Assembly (NCBI RefSeq): GCF_009914755.1
Contig: NC_060931.1
Direction: 5' to 3' (one strand)
DNA from: the human T2T-CHM13v2.0 reference genome, Homo sapiens
Length of the DNA stretch: 64,000 nucleotides
Positions 17,691-34,006 of this stretch are shown piece after piece; the first letter of the stretch is position 1, and each line of letters starts with the position of its first letter. Made by a program: the position numbers and the translations under genes. Under the pieces are notes generated by a model. It saw only the letters and a program-made list of their open reading frames with translations, did no database searches and was not told the origin of the DNA.

Positions 17691-20600
17691 GAATCTTGTC
17701 TTTTTCTTGTACTTTTCTAAAACGCTTGGTAATGTAAGAACAGAATATCAACAATGTAGAATTTTACTAGTATGTTCATACAAATGCACTTCAGAAACAA
17801 AAAAAGAGCCAAAAGCATTACTACAAAATAAAAGAAAATCATTGTCAATATTCAGTTATGATTTTGCAAAATCTGTATCCATAGCAAAAACTGTTCTTTG
17901 GTTAATTTGAACTATTCCCTCTGATATATTCAATTTTCTGTATTAAACTAAACAAGAAATATGATCCTAAACTAACAGGGAATGAGTATAGGAAGGAAGA
18001 AATAAAATAATATCCCACTGTAATCAGAGTAGAAGAATGTATCAGTTACATGGAAAGGCATTTGTGCAGTATTCTTCTCAGGTTCCTTTACATTTATCCA
18101 ATGATTGAAAAGACAGCATCTACTGTAGTAAAATGACGCCTCCAATTTCACAGAAATACAAGGGAACAGGAAAAAGTTTTAAGTTGCAGTAAGATTATTT
18201 TAGCTTAAAGTACAAAGAAATTGTTGAAAAAATAATACTCTACACAGAAAGTTTTTGGAAGGAAACACATTATAACTGGTCTGTTGTACATATATTTCTT
18301 GCTAGCAAAACAAGGTCTCTTTTCTAACCCACTATATAATTTGCTCTGATGTAAGTTGAACCTTATGTAGTTCATCAATGTTAGAAACATAAACTAGGGC
18401 ACTGAGATTGTATAAAACTAAGATGTACTTCTTTGCTAACACAGACATTATTCCATAATCATTTACAACAATGTATCATTTATCTTTAATTCTAGATTTT
18501 CCTTTTGAAATTTTGAAATATATGACTCTAGCTGCCTTCTGCATGAATATAGAATTTTTTAAGAGTCAGTGTACTTTTTAAAGAATAAATTGACTCCTTT
18601 TCACACATAAGTCAAAAATGGCAGAAAATATTTTGCTTTGATTTAAAAAAAATGACACCAGCTGAAACCCAAAAATGTCAAGTAGATACTCATTCCATTT
18701 TTAATGGGGTTTCCTTTCAAAAAATAATTTCAATATTGTTTAGGTATTCTTAACGCCCCCAAGACACAAGGAAGAGTAGAAGAAAGACGAGTGCCATGAA
18801 GTGAGAAGAATCCAAAATTAATGATATATAATAAAAATCAAAAAAGCAAAGAATAGTCCCATTTTATTAATCAGTTTGATTCCTGAATATCTACTGTGTC
18901 GTCACAACTGGTCTAGCTATATATTATCTAGGAATGTATAAAGAAACCAAGTAAATACACATGCAGCAGAAAACAATTGTTTACTACACAGTTTAGTAGT
19001 GGCTTTGTAAGCAATAGGAGTTTCAAGTATCAAGAAATCTATGTTTATAGGGAATGTTCAGCAATTATTTTCAGGATGGAGAGGACAAAAGGAAATAGAC
19101 AATGAAAGCACCAGGAAGTGGAAGGAGACTGGAACTCAAATTCATTGAAAATGTCCAACAAAACAAGCACTGTCCTTTGTGTTTTTGTTGTATGACAGAA
19201 TTTCCCTCGATTATGGTTATTCATGTGGGAGGGAGTCATGATATATTCAAAAGAAGACAAACAATGTCACCCCCTTGAAGTGGCTCTTTACAAGACACAG
19301 TGAACTTAGGTATCAAAGAGAAAATAAGAGAATATTTAAACTAATTACTTGTAAAATGAGTGAAGGAGGAAGAGCTGAATAAAACAATATGTAGACAGTA
19401 ACAAAATTCATATTGAAGGTGTCTTCTGGAAAAGATAATGCATTCAGGATCAATGAGTATATTTTCCAATTCCACAACTCAGAAACCAGTTGTGATGATT
19501 CAAAAGAAATGAGAATAACACTAAAAACAAAGAAGGGTGCCAAACGCCAACACAGGAATACCTGCAAGATATAATGCAGACTGAAAAAAAATATGGATTA
19601 ATACACAACTCCTGTTTTACAAGAAATCAAAATAGTTCTGCAAGAAGTACAAAGAAAATTTCAGCAACTGGTTTTAATTTGAAACAGTAAAGGCTAGAGG
19701 AATCGTGTTGTCACGGGAAAGACAAAAGATATGTCACTTTAAGTTTTACTCCTCACAACACTCTAAGGCCATGAAGTAGTACCTATGATGAAAGCATTTG
19801 GCTACAACCCCAGAGAGATGCAGGATGTAGCATTCCCACACTGAGCAAGCTAAAATCCAGACAAAAGGATTATATACAGCCAAACTTTCTTGGATTAAAA
19901 GCAGGCTGGAGAGAAAACAAAATAAGGAAAATCAGCCTGAATTCAGTAGTTTCAAAAGATAATAAGAATTAACTTTACAGGAAATAATTCACCATAAATG
20001 CAGATATCAGTATACTTCCTCAGCCTAGTTAATAATTAAAGTCATAACATTTAACTGTAAATCTTGCCTTTCAATTGCATTTTGAAGGGCTAATTATGAG
20101 ACCTTTATAGACAAAGAGGAGAACCAAGGAGAATTCACGTTTAGTGTTTTTGAGCAGATGGAATACCTGGTTAGAGCTGCCCCAATACAAAGTCAGTCTT
20201 ATAAAAACTCATGAAGAAACTCTGCAACATAAACATGAAACTAAACATAATATGCAAAGTACAGGTACAAAAGTATGCTTTTGAAGATGTACTAAAGGCA
20301 GCAAAAGAAAATCATTTTAAAAACTGCTTTCCTCTCTCAAGAAAATTAAATAAAATAGATTCAAACGTGATAAGCAAATATGCTTACATGAAAAGGAAGA
20401 TTATGGGGTTAAGCTAAAATATTTTGTTTAAATCTCTGAAGAGCTTAAAATGGCATTAGAGGCCATATAAGCTTAGAAGCTATTGAAAAATAAAAGTAGA
20501 ATCAAAAGTGTCAAAAAATCAAATCACTGCTTTGGATAAGAGGCTTTAAAAATCACTCAGAATATGATGTAAAGAAAAGTAAGAGACATTGAGAATAGAC

Positions 20601-21548
20601 AGCAGAAATCCACATTTAGGAATAGGATTTCCTGGCAAATCCTATTTGAAAACAGAACAGATGGAATAAAAATAATATCCAAAGTATATTAAAAGAGTAT
20701 TTCCCTAGTCAAATATAAACTGCATTCACCTCAAAATAAAAATCAAACATTAACTTGAGGCAAGCAAAAATTGAAACACAGCATGCTAAAAGTTATAGGG
20801 TACGGCAAAAGCAGTTCAAAGAGGGGATTTTATATTGGCAAATACCTACATCAGAGAAAAAATAAATATCTCAAATAAACAACCCAACTTTACACCTCAA
20901 GGAACTGGAAAAAGAACAAACTGACCCCAAAGTTATTATAAGGAAGGAGATAATAAAGATCAGAGCAGAAATAAGTTAAATAGAGTCAAGAAAAACAATG
21001 GAAAAGATCAACTGAAATAAGAGTTGATTTTTTGAAAAGATAAACAAAATTGACAAGACTTTACCTAGACTAAGAAAAAAAGAGAAGATTCAAATAAATA
21101 AAATCTAGGTGAAGTTATTTAATGAGAATTGTCATCTCAATTGAATCTGGGTTTATTCAATTTTTGAGGACAAAGAAAGAACGCTTCAAGCATCCAAAGA
21201 GAAGAGACATTTCACCCACAAAGAAAAAAGGATTTGATCACATCATTTTTTCTACTTGACTTTATTAAATGCTAGATAATCTCTACCAATGTTTGCAAAT
21301 ATTAAAAGGAAATGGTTCTGACTCATGAAATCTGTAGTCTACTAAATCACGATTCTGGAAAATTAGCAAGGGATAGAAATTTTTTATTGAAAAAATGATG
21401 TAGGAACTACATCATTTATGTGACATTTCAAGGGGAAAGAAACTGTTTGAAGATATACACCAGTGAACGAACACATAAATCAAAATCTACAGCCCACAAA
21501 TGATTAATTTGTTAGTGAGCATTAAATATATATTCATTTATTTTTAAA

Positions 21549-21655
21549 ACACACACACACGCACACACACATATATATATTATGTATACAGAGAGAGAGA
21601 GGGAGAGAGACAGAGAGACAGAGAAAGAGAGAGAGCATGCACGAAAGAGAGAGGC
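21549..21655. repeat. compound (CA)n/(TA)n/(GA)n microsatellite
   Basis: visible dinucleotide runs. Confidence 0.9.
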
Positions 21656-22125
21656 AAGTATAGTAATGGTGGAAAATCCAGTTACAAAATATAAATTAAT
21701 AAGAGAGATTAAAGAAATTGAAAGTTTTCCAAGTCTCCATCTTATAGAGAAGAAGTCAGTTATCATAGTTGATATTTTGAATAATACAGAATCCTGAAAG
21801 TTTTTTAAAGTGTTAGAATAAATCTCTAGCAATTTGAAGGCCTTCCAAATTAAAAAAGAAAAAAAAAAATCAGAGAAACTCAGGCCATAAAAGAAAACAA
21901 AACAAAGAGATAAGAAGTATTAAACAAAGTTGCAATATCAGTAAGAGGCAAATTCAGATTTATCACACAAACTTCAAAGGAAGAAAGAATGATACTTCTA
22001 TGGATAAAAGGACAATGTTCAAAGGCTATTAAATTGTCATCACTTTTCTGCATCAAATAAAGCAAAAAAAAACAAAGCAAAAAGGATTGGAAATGAAAGT
22101 TGACATTAATGGAAATGAGATAATG

Positions 22126-22862
22126 CAGTAAAAGCTTGTTTAACTGACTTTCTAGATTAATTGACATCGTCTAGTCCTCTGTCAAATATAAAACATATCC
22201 ATAGCCGTTTAAACACTAACCACTGACAGGTTCCTTCTACTGTATGTGCATACTCTTCTGTTCACATCAGTTGAGTTGTATGCTTACCAAGAGTCAGTTA
22301 TGTTTTTCCAGAACATGCTTATATTTGTTACACTTGATATCTATATTAGGCATGATATCGTATATAAAATATTATGTATTCAATGAAATAAATGTGTAAA
22401 ATGTTTGTACTTAATTGAAACTAAATGAAACACTTTGTGAGGCTTTAATGTGGTTCCCTTAAAATGTTCTGTCAAGTTAGGTGTAAGCTAAAAAACATAA
22501 ATTATTGAGAGATGAACTATCAACTGCAAAAACCTAGACATATTATTGTACACTCAGATCACTTTCAAAAATGTTTCTAAATTCTCACTCCACTTAAAAA
22601 TCCACAATCAAAAATAACAGACCTTACATAATGGGTATGATTTAAGCCAGAAAAATAATAGAACTCCAGTTTAGGGCCCATATTCCTAGAAAGGCCGTGT
22701 ATCACAGAATTACCAAACAAATATGTAATCTGTATGTTTTAAGCCAAAATAAAAGGTTTTCAATAAGTACAGATATTCTTCTTTATCTACTACCTTAGCA
22801 GACATTTTTTGATTAATTGATTTACTCCAGTCCTGATCATTTTAGATGGAGTGCTTCTATTG
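22126..22862 (+). mobile_element. TcMar-Tigger non-autonomous element (Tigger13a-like)
   Basis: degenerate TIRs cagtaaaagc / gcttctattg, subterminal gattaattga at both ends, about 740 bp. Confidence 0.65.
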
Positions 22863-23149
22863 TTGTGAAAATTTTAACACTCCTCTCTCAGTATTTGACA
22901 TTAAATAGTTTAAATAAAGTGAGGTTATGGAGGTGACTAATAATAATAAATAATATAGTATCTAAATTTGGTTTTATAGATTTATGCCTAGACCTATTCC
23001 CTGCAAAAAAAAAAATACTCCTTTTTAAACTTCCCTTGACCATTTATAAAAACTGACCACATATTAGACCATTTGCTATAAAACGTACATTTTTACAGTA
23101 GTGATATTAGAGTTTACATTACTTGGCTATGGTGAAAATATCCTGAAGC

Positions 23150-25510
23150 CAGAGAATATCTTCTGTGTTTCAGGACACAAGGGATTCAGTATAACTAAAG
23201 CAGAATGGCCTTATAGGCCAGTTATAAGGACTTTAACTCAAACTTTGAAGACTTAAAGTAAAATTATCTATATTTTATGGTTTTCTTTTTAAAATTTTCA
23301 TAGAGTAAAATGTATTTTGTATGGATTTTACTAAATGCACAGAATCATGTATCTACCACCTCAGTATCATATAAAATAGTTTTAACAGTCTGACAACTTC
23401 AACAAAAATAGGATGAAAGAATCAAGGACATGAATAGAGGAACCAGTTAGGAGGCAATGGCGAAAATCAGAAATAACGTATGGCTTGAACCAAAATGGTG
23501 GCAGCAGAGGTGGTTTAAAGTTTTTAGATTCAATAGGTAATTTTTAAGGGTAAAGCCTGCTTGATATCCTGCCAGAATGGATGTTAATTAAAAGCGAAAG
23601 AGGATTCAAGGATGAATCTAAGTTCATTTTAAAAAGCAAATAAAAGGACGATTTTGAGATGGGGATGATAGAAGGGTGAGTTCAAGTTGAAATATTAATT
23701 TTGAATTGTCTATAAGATGTCTAAATAATGAAAGAATCAGTATTTGAATATATGACTATGAAGCAAAGAAAAAGGTCTTGACCCAATATATAAATTTGAG
23801 AGTTGTCAGTATATAGATGGCATTTAAAGTCATGAAATAGGATAATATCAACAACGAACTATGTGTAGACAGGAAGGAGGTCCAATGCCTTAGCTTAGGA
23901 TGTTAGAGAGGTTGGAGAGATTAAGAAGAACCAGCAAAGGAGACTCAAAAGAAGCAGTCATTGTAAACAAAGTGAGTAATAATTTGTGAGCCAAAGCAAG
24001 AAAATGTTCCAAGGATAAAGGAATAATCAACTGTTTCAAATTCTGTAGATAGGTCAGTTAAGAAAAGGACTAAGAAATGCCATTGGATTTCGCAACTTGG
24101 AGGCCATTGGTGACCCCCAAGGACACCCTTAAAAAAGTTCTGTGTATACAGTCTGATTGAAGTAGGCTCAATCCAAAAGAGAAAAGAAGAATTGGAGCCA
24201 ATGCAAACAGCCAAATCTTTTGAAAAGCTTTATTATAAAAGAAAAGAGAGAAATAATGGTGGTGATAGTAGGAAGAAAAAGTAGAAGCAGTTGGGTTTGT
24301 TTTGATAAGATAATAAAAAATCACTACATGCTCATTCACAAGTTTAATGGAAAGGAAGAATTGATAATACAAGAAAGAGAAAGAACTGCTAGAGTGAATT
24401 TCTTAAGAGGATGAGAGAGAATGAGACCTTGTGTATGAGTATGGGGGTTTTCTTTGCTGGGAATTTAGACAGTTCATTTATAAAAAAGGAGTCTGGGCAT
24501 AACACATGAGCATGGATACAGGTAGGTAGAGAGAAAAGAATGGATAGACTCAGGCAAATCCTCTGATTGTTTTCATTTTATCATCAACAGCAGAGAGTGA
24601 GAATGAGGGAGGAGATGACAGAAGTTTTATACGAAACAAAAGAATCTGAAAGGTTATGTGAAAAATGAATATATGAGGGAAATATAATATAATCGTTAGT
24701 CATCATTAGGGCACACTTGAGTTTAGATGTCATAAATTTAAAGTGAGATAATGACAGTGAGGGTATTGATAAGATTTTCTCCAGCCATGTTCAACTTTGC
24801 AGGCACAGTCACAAGGTAGGCAGACAGATGGATTTAACTGAGATTGTGATTTCTCCAGGAAGTATAATGAAATAAGAGAGACACAATGAAGTTGTGGATT
24901 TATGGCAAAGGAATGATTAGGATGAGGAAACATGGAATTATCACTGAATAAGAAAGGGTGTAAAGACATGTGCTGAGTTAGGGACAAGGAGAAGGTGGTA
25001 GACCCATTAATTTCAGGTCTCTATGATGGGTAAAAGGATTATTGGAATTAGAGTACTGGGGAGAGTCGACTAAAATAACAGAAGGTGATAGAGAATGAGA
25101 GGCTTTGAAATCAAAATTATAGAATGGATATTGTTAACAATAATGGCAAAATCTAGGCTATAAACAGGAGTGAGTTGTAGAAATAGGACTAATAGCAGCG
25201 GAGAGTATAAGGTCAAGAGGATGAGAGACCAAAATATCAGATAGATGATTTCATAGATCTTGACTGCACCAGGAATTATGACAGGCAGTGCTGGTGTTGG
25301 AGGAAGAAACAACAATACAAGAGTTTAATTTTTCAGGAAATGAAGAGAAATGAAATACAGACTGTACACAACTACAAAAAGAAGGAATAGTGGGTGGTAG
25401 AGTATACTAACAGGAGATTCAAAATTGGAAATTCTCTTAGGGGAGAAAGAAAATTATAGTCATCAGTGAGGAGCTAAGAAAACTCCTACCCCACCTCCAT
25501 TCTCGGTAGC
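23150..25510 (-). mobile_element. long L2 (L2a-like) fragment
   Basis: gagttgtcagtatatagatggcatttaaagtcatg, aatgccattggatttcgcaacttggaggccattggtgacc, cctaccccacctcc. Confidence 0.8.
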
Positions 25511-26989
25511 TCAGAAGGGCTTTTTCTGAGCTTGGCCTTGGCAGTCGCTGAGGAAACCAGTCACTCTAAGGAAGCAGTTTCAGAAAAAAGCAAAGCCATT
25601 GCAGAATTAAGCAGAGAAAGGGCCTGAGCTAGCTCTTCAGCTTGGCTATCATGGCATGGAAGGAATCCAGAAACTCTCACATGCCCTCAGGAGGGTCATG
25701 CAAGGTAATTGATGGGATGATTAGCAGGGGGCCAACACCTGTAACTGTGGGCAGCCGACCATGCAGGCTGGAGATCAAAAGGAAATCACAGCCAGACTTC
25801 AGGGACAGCTGCTGAATTTTGAAGAGCTGAAGTAGGGTCAAGACAGCAGAAAGCATCACAGTTTCCGTCCAAGCCAAGAGAGGAGAGTATCACATATTCT
25901 TCAGTCTCAAATTTCAGCAGAGGTGGCCAACAAAGCAAAAGCTGTGACAGACTAGTAAGGGACATCATTGCTGCAGAATTCAGTACCAATACAGAGAGCA
26001 GTACAAGGACACACAGAAAGCAGAGACCCCTTCTCTGAAATGAAGAGAGACAATGAACACCCTTGCATACTCACTCTACCTTGGGAAGAAATATGAGAAG
26101 GAGGTAGTATTTGAAAATCTGAACATATTCCCAAAGGGAACTGTTTTAACACAGTCAGTAGCTTGTGATGAAGGTTAGATCATTTATCACAAATGAACAA
26201 GCTGTTTCTTCACAGATCTGAATGCAAAGACCCTTGTAACACATGCATTGAGTAAATAAAAATAAAAGTAAAATAAAGAACTATCTCATAGATAGTTATA
26301 GATTCTTTTATAGATAGACAGGCTATCTTCAACTAAGCTCTAAAATCAGCCTCAAATGTTGAATCAAAAACTGAATTATGATATTGTGGTCTGTTTGGAA
26401 GAAGATTTAGGTCAGGAGTATGAAACAGATGAAACCACACTGCAGTAATGAAGGTCAAACATGAAATGATTACAGTGTATCTAAGAAGAATTAGGAGATC
26501 AAATGCTGGAACATTACAATGCTGCAATTCTAGGTCACTACTTCTGGGAATTGGATTCTATCTTAGCCAAGTGTCCAGGTTCTCACAGGTCCAGTGGCGA
26601 AAAATGTGCTGGGGACAGGGATGGAGATAGAACAAGTACATCATTTTCTATGCTCCTGCATCCAACAACCCCAGTTCCCCTGACATAGTAGTGCTTACTC
26701 TACAGGTTGACAGAACAAATAGGTAATCGTTTTTAATCTATTGGTCGGCTTCAGATTATAAGCTTTTAAGGTAGCAAAGAAAGCTATATTTACATGTGAA
26801 AAGAACAGTTCATAAAGCCTGGATTTAAAAATAAAAAGCAAAACAAACAAACAAAAAAAATCACCTCAAATCTTGTGAGATGTCTGTAGAATAAAATCAC
26901 AAATTGATAAGAACAATCTCAATTAAACCTGGCTGATATTAGCAAATATTCTTATCCAGTTTCCCAATTCTTGTTAAGACACTTAATAA

Positions 26990-27440
26990 TCCTAACAATA
27001 ACTAATGTCTATGAGTGCTTAACATTTTCCAGGCACTAGGCTGTAATACTTACACATACATATTATCTCCTTTTATTCTTACAACAACCCTATGAGGGAG
27101 CTGTTGGTTTTATCCCTATTTTACAGAGAAACTAATGTTTAGAGAGGTTAAGTAATTTGTAGAAGGACAAATACCAAATAAGTAGTGAAACAGCAATTTA
27201 AGCCCAATAATGTTCATTTCAGGGCCCATATGTTTTACAAGTGAAGAGTACCTCCCATATGATTAGCATTTATAGAAGACTTATAAAGTCTTACTATTAA
27301 AGACTTAAAGTTTATAGTTGTTTTGCTCATCTCACTTTGTGTCCCTTAAAACATCCCTGTGAAACAGGGACTGGTATTATCCTCATTTTTCAGGAGAGAA
27401 AATTAAGGTTAAGAGAGGTACTGAGCCCAAGGTTATCTCC
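26990..27440 (-). mobile_element. two MIR copies (~26990-27240 and ~27330-27440)
   Basis: acaaccctatgagg...attttacagagaaactaatgtttagagaggttaagtaatttg. Confidence 0.75.
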
Positions 27441-28606
27441 AGCTATAGAGAAATGAAGCAGGAAGTGTGGAGAGAGAAGTTAAAACAGGGAACACTCACT
27501 CAGGTTTAATGTGGATTTTTTTGTATAATTTTACAGAACACAAAATAACATGTGAATCCAGTAACAAAAATACACCTTCCAAATCTGGCCAAATTATTGT
27601 CTAATCTAATGACTAGGGCACTGATCCTTTCTCTTCCTAATTAGCAAGTAAATATCTGGAGAGATGCTGTACTTGCCTAACTTATTGGGGTGGTGTTACT
27701 AATCTTCTACAAATGCCTCTTCTTCCCCAGATGCCATTGCCAAACTTGACTAGTCACATTGTTGAAAGAATATACCCAAATGCCCAGAAAAAAGCGTCTA
27801 CTTCTTCAGTTACCAAGTGACTCAGAGGCAGTTTAAAAGAAAGGGAAACAAGAAGTATCTTAGGTAGGGACCACATATTCATTGCTCATGAGTGCCCCAG
27901 CTATAGCTGCCACCCCAGTAGCCTGTTTTGTTCAGCATTTGTCCAGGACAAAAGCCTCATGATTTGTAGGATATATGATATAATCATCCTAACCATAGCT
28001 GAGATTGTCTTATCTATGATTAGGTCCCCTTGTTTAGAAAACTTGTCAGCCACATCCTTATCAGCTTGTGACCCAGACAGCCTTGCTGCAGAGGTTCAGG
28101 CCAGGATGTGACAGAAGGCACGGGAGGCGAAAGGCTGTACAGAAGCAGCAGCATTGAAGGACCAAGTTCTCATTACTGAGGCACTTCTGCACAACCCACA
28201 ACTTCCAAATCTATTTCTCCCTATGTTCTAGATTTTTTGAATGGGTTCAAAAGGGAAAACAGAACTGCATAGGTGAACATTCATTTTATTGGAAAAATTT
28301 TAGAATCCGCTCTGCCTAAAATGTGAGGAATGTGTGTATTTAAATTTTAATACTGGAAGATTGATACTGTCACAACTAAGAAACATACAATGGCTATGGT
28401 AATACAGTATTAAAATGCTCTATTTTCCTCTTTTTAATACTACTTAAGTAATAATAAACAATACATGTAGAATGAATGTTCAACCTTTTAAAACTCCTTT
28501 TATTTTCATCATTTTATCTGTTCTCTATAGTATCTTGTAGGTAATAGGGATGATAAGATCTTATTTTCCTGATATATTTTCAAAATTATATTTTTGCCTT
28601 ATTCTC

Positions 28607-28890
28607 AATAAAAGGATACAAAGCTGTAGTTAGACAGGGGAATAAATTTTTTGAGGCCATCATACAACATGGTAACTACAGTTAATAGTAATGTATTGTA
28701 TATTTCAAAATTTCTATGAGTAAATTTTAAATGTTTTCACCACAAAAAAAGATAAATATTTGAGGTGATATGTATGTTAATGAGCTTTACTTGATTATTC
28801 CATATTTTTAAATATATCACAACATCACTTTGTACTCCAAAAATATATACAATTATATATTTTTATAATTGTCAATTTACACCAAAATAA
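28607..28890 (+). mobile_element. L1MA 3' end
   Basis: ggatacaaagctgtagttagacagg...gtattgtatatttcaaaat...tgaggtgatatgtatgttaat. Confidence 0.85.
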
Positions 28891-29012
28891 GAAAACATAT
28901 TTCAGAAATCAGAAATATGCCCTTTAAAAAAATTATGACATGTTTGAGTAAGATGATAATACTGATGTCATGTTTTTTGGATTTTCCCAATCCTCCTTAA
29001 AAAGCTAACAGA

Positions 29013-29168
29013 AATGAGAAGCAACTGCTAATCAGTGGAGGGTTTCTTTTTGCAATCATGTGATTGTGCAAGGTTGCACAATCTGTGTATATACTAAAAA
29101 GCATTGAATTGTGACCATTAAATGGAAGAATTGTATAATATATGAATTGTGTTCAATAAAGTTGTTAC
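29013..29168 (+). mobile_element. L1MB-type 3' end
   Basis: actgctaat...gtttcttttt...gttgcacaa...atatactaaaaa...tcaataaagttgtt. Confidence 0.7.
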
Positions 29169-29179
29169 TTTTGGCAGGA

Positions 29180-29334
29180 ATTAAACAACAGACATATTTC
29201 TCACAGTTATGGCGGCTGAGAAGTCCAAGATCAAGATGCCAGTAGGTTTGGTTCCTGCTGGGGGCTCTCTTCTTGATTTGCAAATGGCCACCTTCTCACT
29301 GTGTTCTCATGTGGTAAAGAAAGAGAGTAAGCTT
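29180..29334 (-). mobile_element. MLT1A-like LTR fragment
   Basis: ttaaacaacagacatatttctcacagtt...aagtccaagatcaagatgccag. Confidence 0.8.
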
Positions 29335-29722
<388 letters not shown>

Positions 29723-29771
29723 TTAAAAAAGCTCTTATTTTTAAAAAGCTAACAGAGTAACTAGGATATCA

Positions 29772-30255
29772 TGATGGGTTAAAGGAGGCCACAGACATTC
29801 CTGTCATTAAGAGGGAAAGTCTGTTTTCCTTGCCCTTGTGTCTGGGCTGTCTTATGGCTGCTTTGAATAATGGAGTATGTGAAAGTGATGCTATGCCAGT
29901 TCCAGGCCTAGTCTCTCTTAAGAGAGCTGGCTGACTCCATCTTGGTCTCTTGGAGACTTCACTGCTATGTTAGAATGTTATCTTGAAGTCACTCCAGTCT
30001 AAGGAAACTTAAGTTAGCCATGTGGAGAGAGAAAGAGAAAAAAAGGATGGTTGGCCAGTCCCCAGGTGTTACAACTCTCAACTATTCAAGCCATTTCACC
30101 CAGGTTGAGGTTGCAACATTGTAAAACAGAGACAAGACACCGGTGCCATGCCATGCCTGCATCTATGACCCAAAAACATTCTGAGATATAATAATTGTCC
30201 TTCTAAGGCAATAAGCTCTTGGTATGTTTGTTATGCAGCAACAAACAGAATAGAT
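29772..30255 (+). mobile_element. MaLR LTR (MLT1H-like)
   Basis: aagtgatgctatgccagttccaggcctag...gtttgttatgcagcaa. Confidence 0.8.
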
Positions 30256-30899
30256 TGCAAAACAAGGTGATGAAGTATCCTGTACATCCCAGGAAAAGAG
30301 CAAGAGAGTTTGAAACACTGAGCACAGCAAGATTCTAGGAAGAATAGCAGCTGTGCAGGAATAAATAAAGAGGATACAAACGGAATTCTGACAAGTTCTT
30401 AAGGGCAAGAAACCCAGGCATTTCCAAAAAGCATTCATTCCCAAAGGAGGAGGTTTCCACTCAGGGTGGAGTGTTTAAATGACCAAACTTAGCACAGTCA
30501 TAACTTCAGGGAGACTTCACAGGTTCCTGCTTATAGATTAGTACAAGGGGATTGCAGAAAGTTCTGAGGGTGTTGGGACAGACTGGGCCCTCTGGGATCT
30601 CAAGAATAACCAAAGCCCTACAATGAAGAGAAATTGCTCAAAGCAGAACACCACTTGTTCAGGATAAAAAGCTCCCGGGTGTCAGAGGGACAGAAGATTT
30701 AGATTCCAGTGAAAAAGGAGAGTAGAAGAGGTGGATCTCAGAAAATATTAGAGATTCATCTATGCTGATAAATTTCTTTCTTTTGTTTTTAAGCATGTCA
30801 CAGTGAAACCTAAGAGGAAACCTGGAATTATGAAGCTGGAAAAGCAATCTTGACTTTCATTTCTGCTAAGCAAACACTTGCTTCTAAAATACAGGAAAC

Positions 30900-32650
<1,751 letters not shown>

Positions 32651-33090
32651 CAATGGATTGACACACTGATTTATACAGTAAAAAAATGATAACTTGGGTG
32701 AAAATAATTTAGCAGATATAATAATTTAGCAATATAAAAGGCAGATAATTCAATTAAGAAGGAAGTATACTGGTCCAAGAAACAGACTGTGAACGTCAGA
32801 GTTATGGCTCTATTGATATATATGGATAGAAGAGAACAGATCAAAAGAGACTCAAGAGAAAGAAGCCATGGAATTTGGAGAATTGTCATTAATGGGAATT
32901 GGGAATACAGGAGGAGAAATCGTTTTGTAATGAAAATAGTAAGTTCACGTTTGACACTCTGTGGACACTCTAATGGTCATGAACTTACAACCCTGAGTCT
33001 CAGGAGACAGATACGTATTCTGGAGACTTCGATATATTAGCAGTATAGCCATAGAGGCAGATGGAATTCACTCAATAATCCTATGCAGAG

Positions 33091-33417
33091 GGCCGGGTGT
33101 GGTGGTTCACACCTGCAATCCCAGCACTTTGGGAGGCTGAGGCAGGAGGACTGCTTTAGGCCAGGAGCTCGTAACCAGCCTGGGCAACATAGGGAGACCC
33201 CATCTCTACAAAAAAAAGAAAATTAGCCAGGCATGGTGGCTCACTCTGTAGTCCTAGTTACTCTGAAGGCTGAGGTAGGAGGATCACTAGAGCTGAAGAG
33301 TTCAAGACTGCAGTAAGCTGATTGTGCCATTATACTGCAGCCTGGGCAACAGAGCAAGCCCCTGTTTCTAAATTTAAAAAAAAAAATTAAAATAATTTTT
33401 AAATTAAAAACAACAAG
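33091..33417 (+). mobile_element. AluJ element
   Basis: ggccgggtgtggtgg...; TSD aatcctatgca at 33077-33087 and 33418-33428. Confidence 0.93.
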
Positions 33418-33457
33418 AATCCTATGCAAAGTAAAAACAAATTTGTCTTTTAAAAAT

Positions 33458-34006
33458 CAGTGTTTTTAGAACCTTATTTATTCAAGTACCACTTTCAGAA
33501 CTTTTGACATCTAGCACACCATATCACCCACACTATTGTATATTTAATAATTTTCTTGGACTCTCATATCTTCTACTTAAATTTATTTTAAAACAAAACC
33601 TTTTATCAGCACTGTAAAATAAAATCAATGTTACCTCTCATAATAAATGGGAAATGACCATAAAAATAAATGTGGTTCTAATTGTTTATATTTTAATCCA
33701 ATATTATTACCTGTGATACTCCAGTGCCTGCTTCAGCTCCTGGCAGCTGTTCTCTTTGTTAAAATAAAGGGTTTTTTAAGAAAGACTTACCACAACCTAA
33801 TATAATAAGACAAACTTTCCACAATCTAAAATAATAAAAATTAAAAATAATTTAAAAGGAGAACAATTGAATTTTTACTATATGATTGGATATGATTTAA
33901 CCCACTGTGATATTGGATACTGGATATTATTTCATGCCCTGTGAGCCACCTAAAATTATTTCCTGTGCTACCTTTGGAATGTGATCTCCAATTGGGGAAA
34001 ATATTG
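33458..34006. mobile_element. old hAT-Charlie-type DNA transposon
   Basis: degenerate TIRs cagtgttttt / gggaaaatattg. Confidence 0.5.

Larger units (their letters stand above)
20450..23130 (+). mobile_element. ancient L1ME/HAL1-like ORF1 and early ORF2 remnants, with a younger L1M ORF2 fragment at ~20760-21105
   Basis: A-rich ORF1-like sequence; cctcaaggaactggaaaaagaacaaac...gaaaagataaacaaaattgacaa is the ORF2 linker; aattttaacactcctctctcagta is EN-like. Confidence 0.55.
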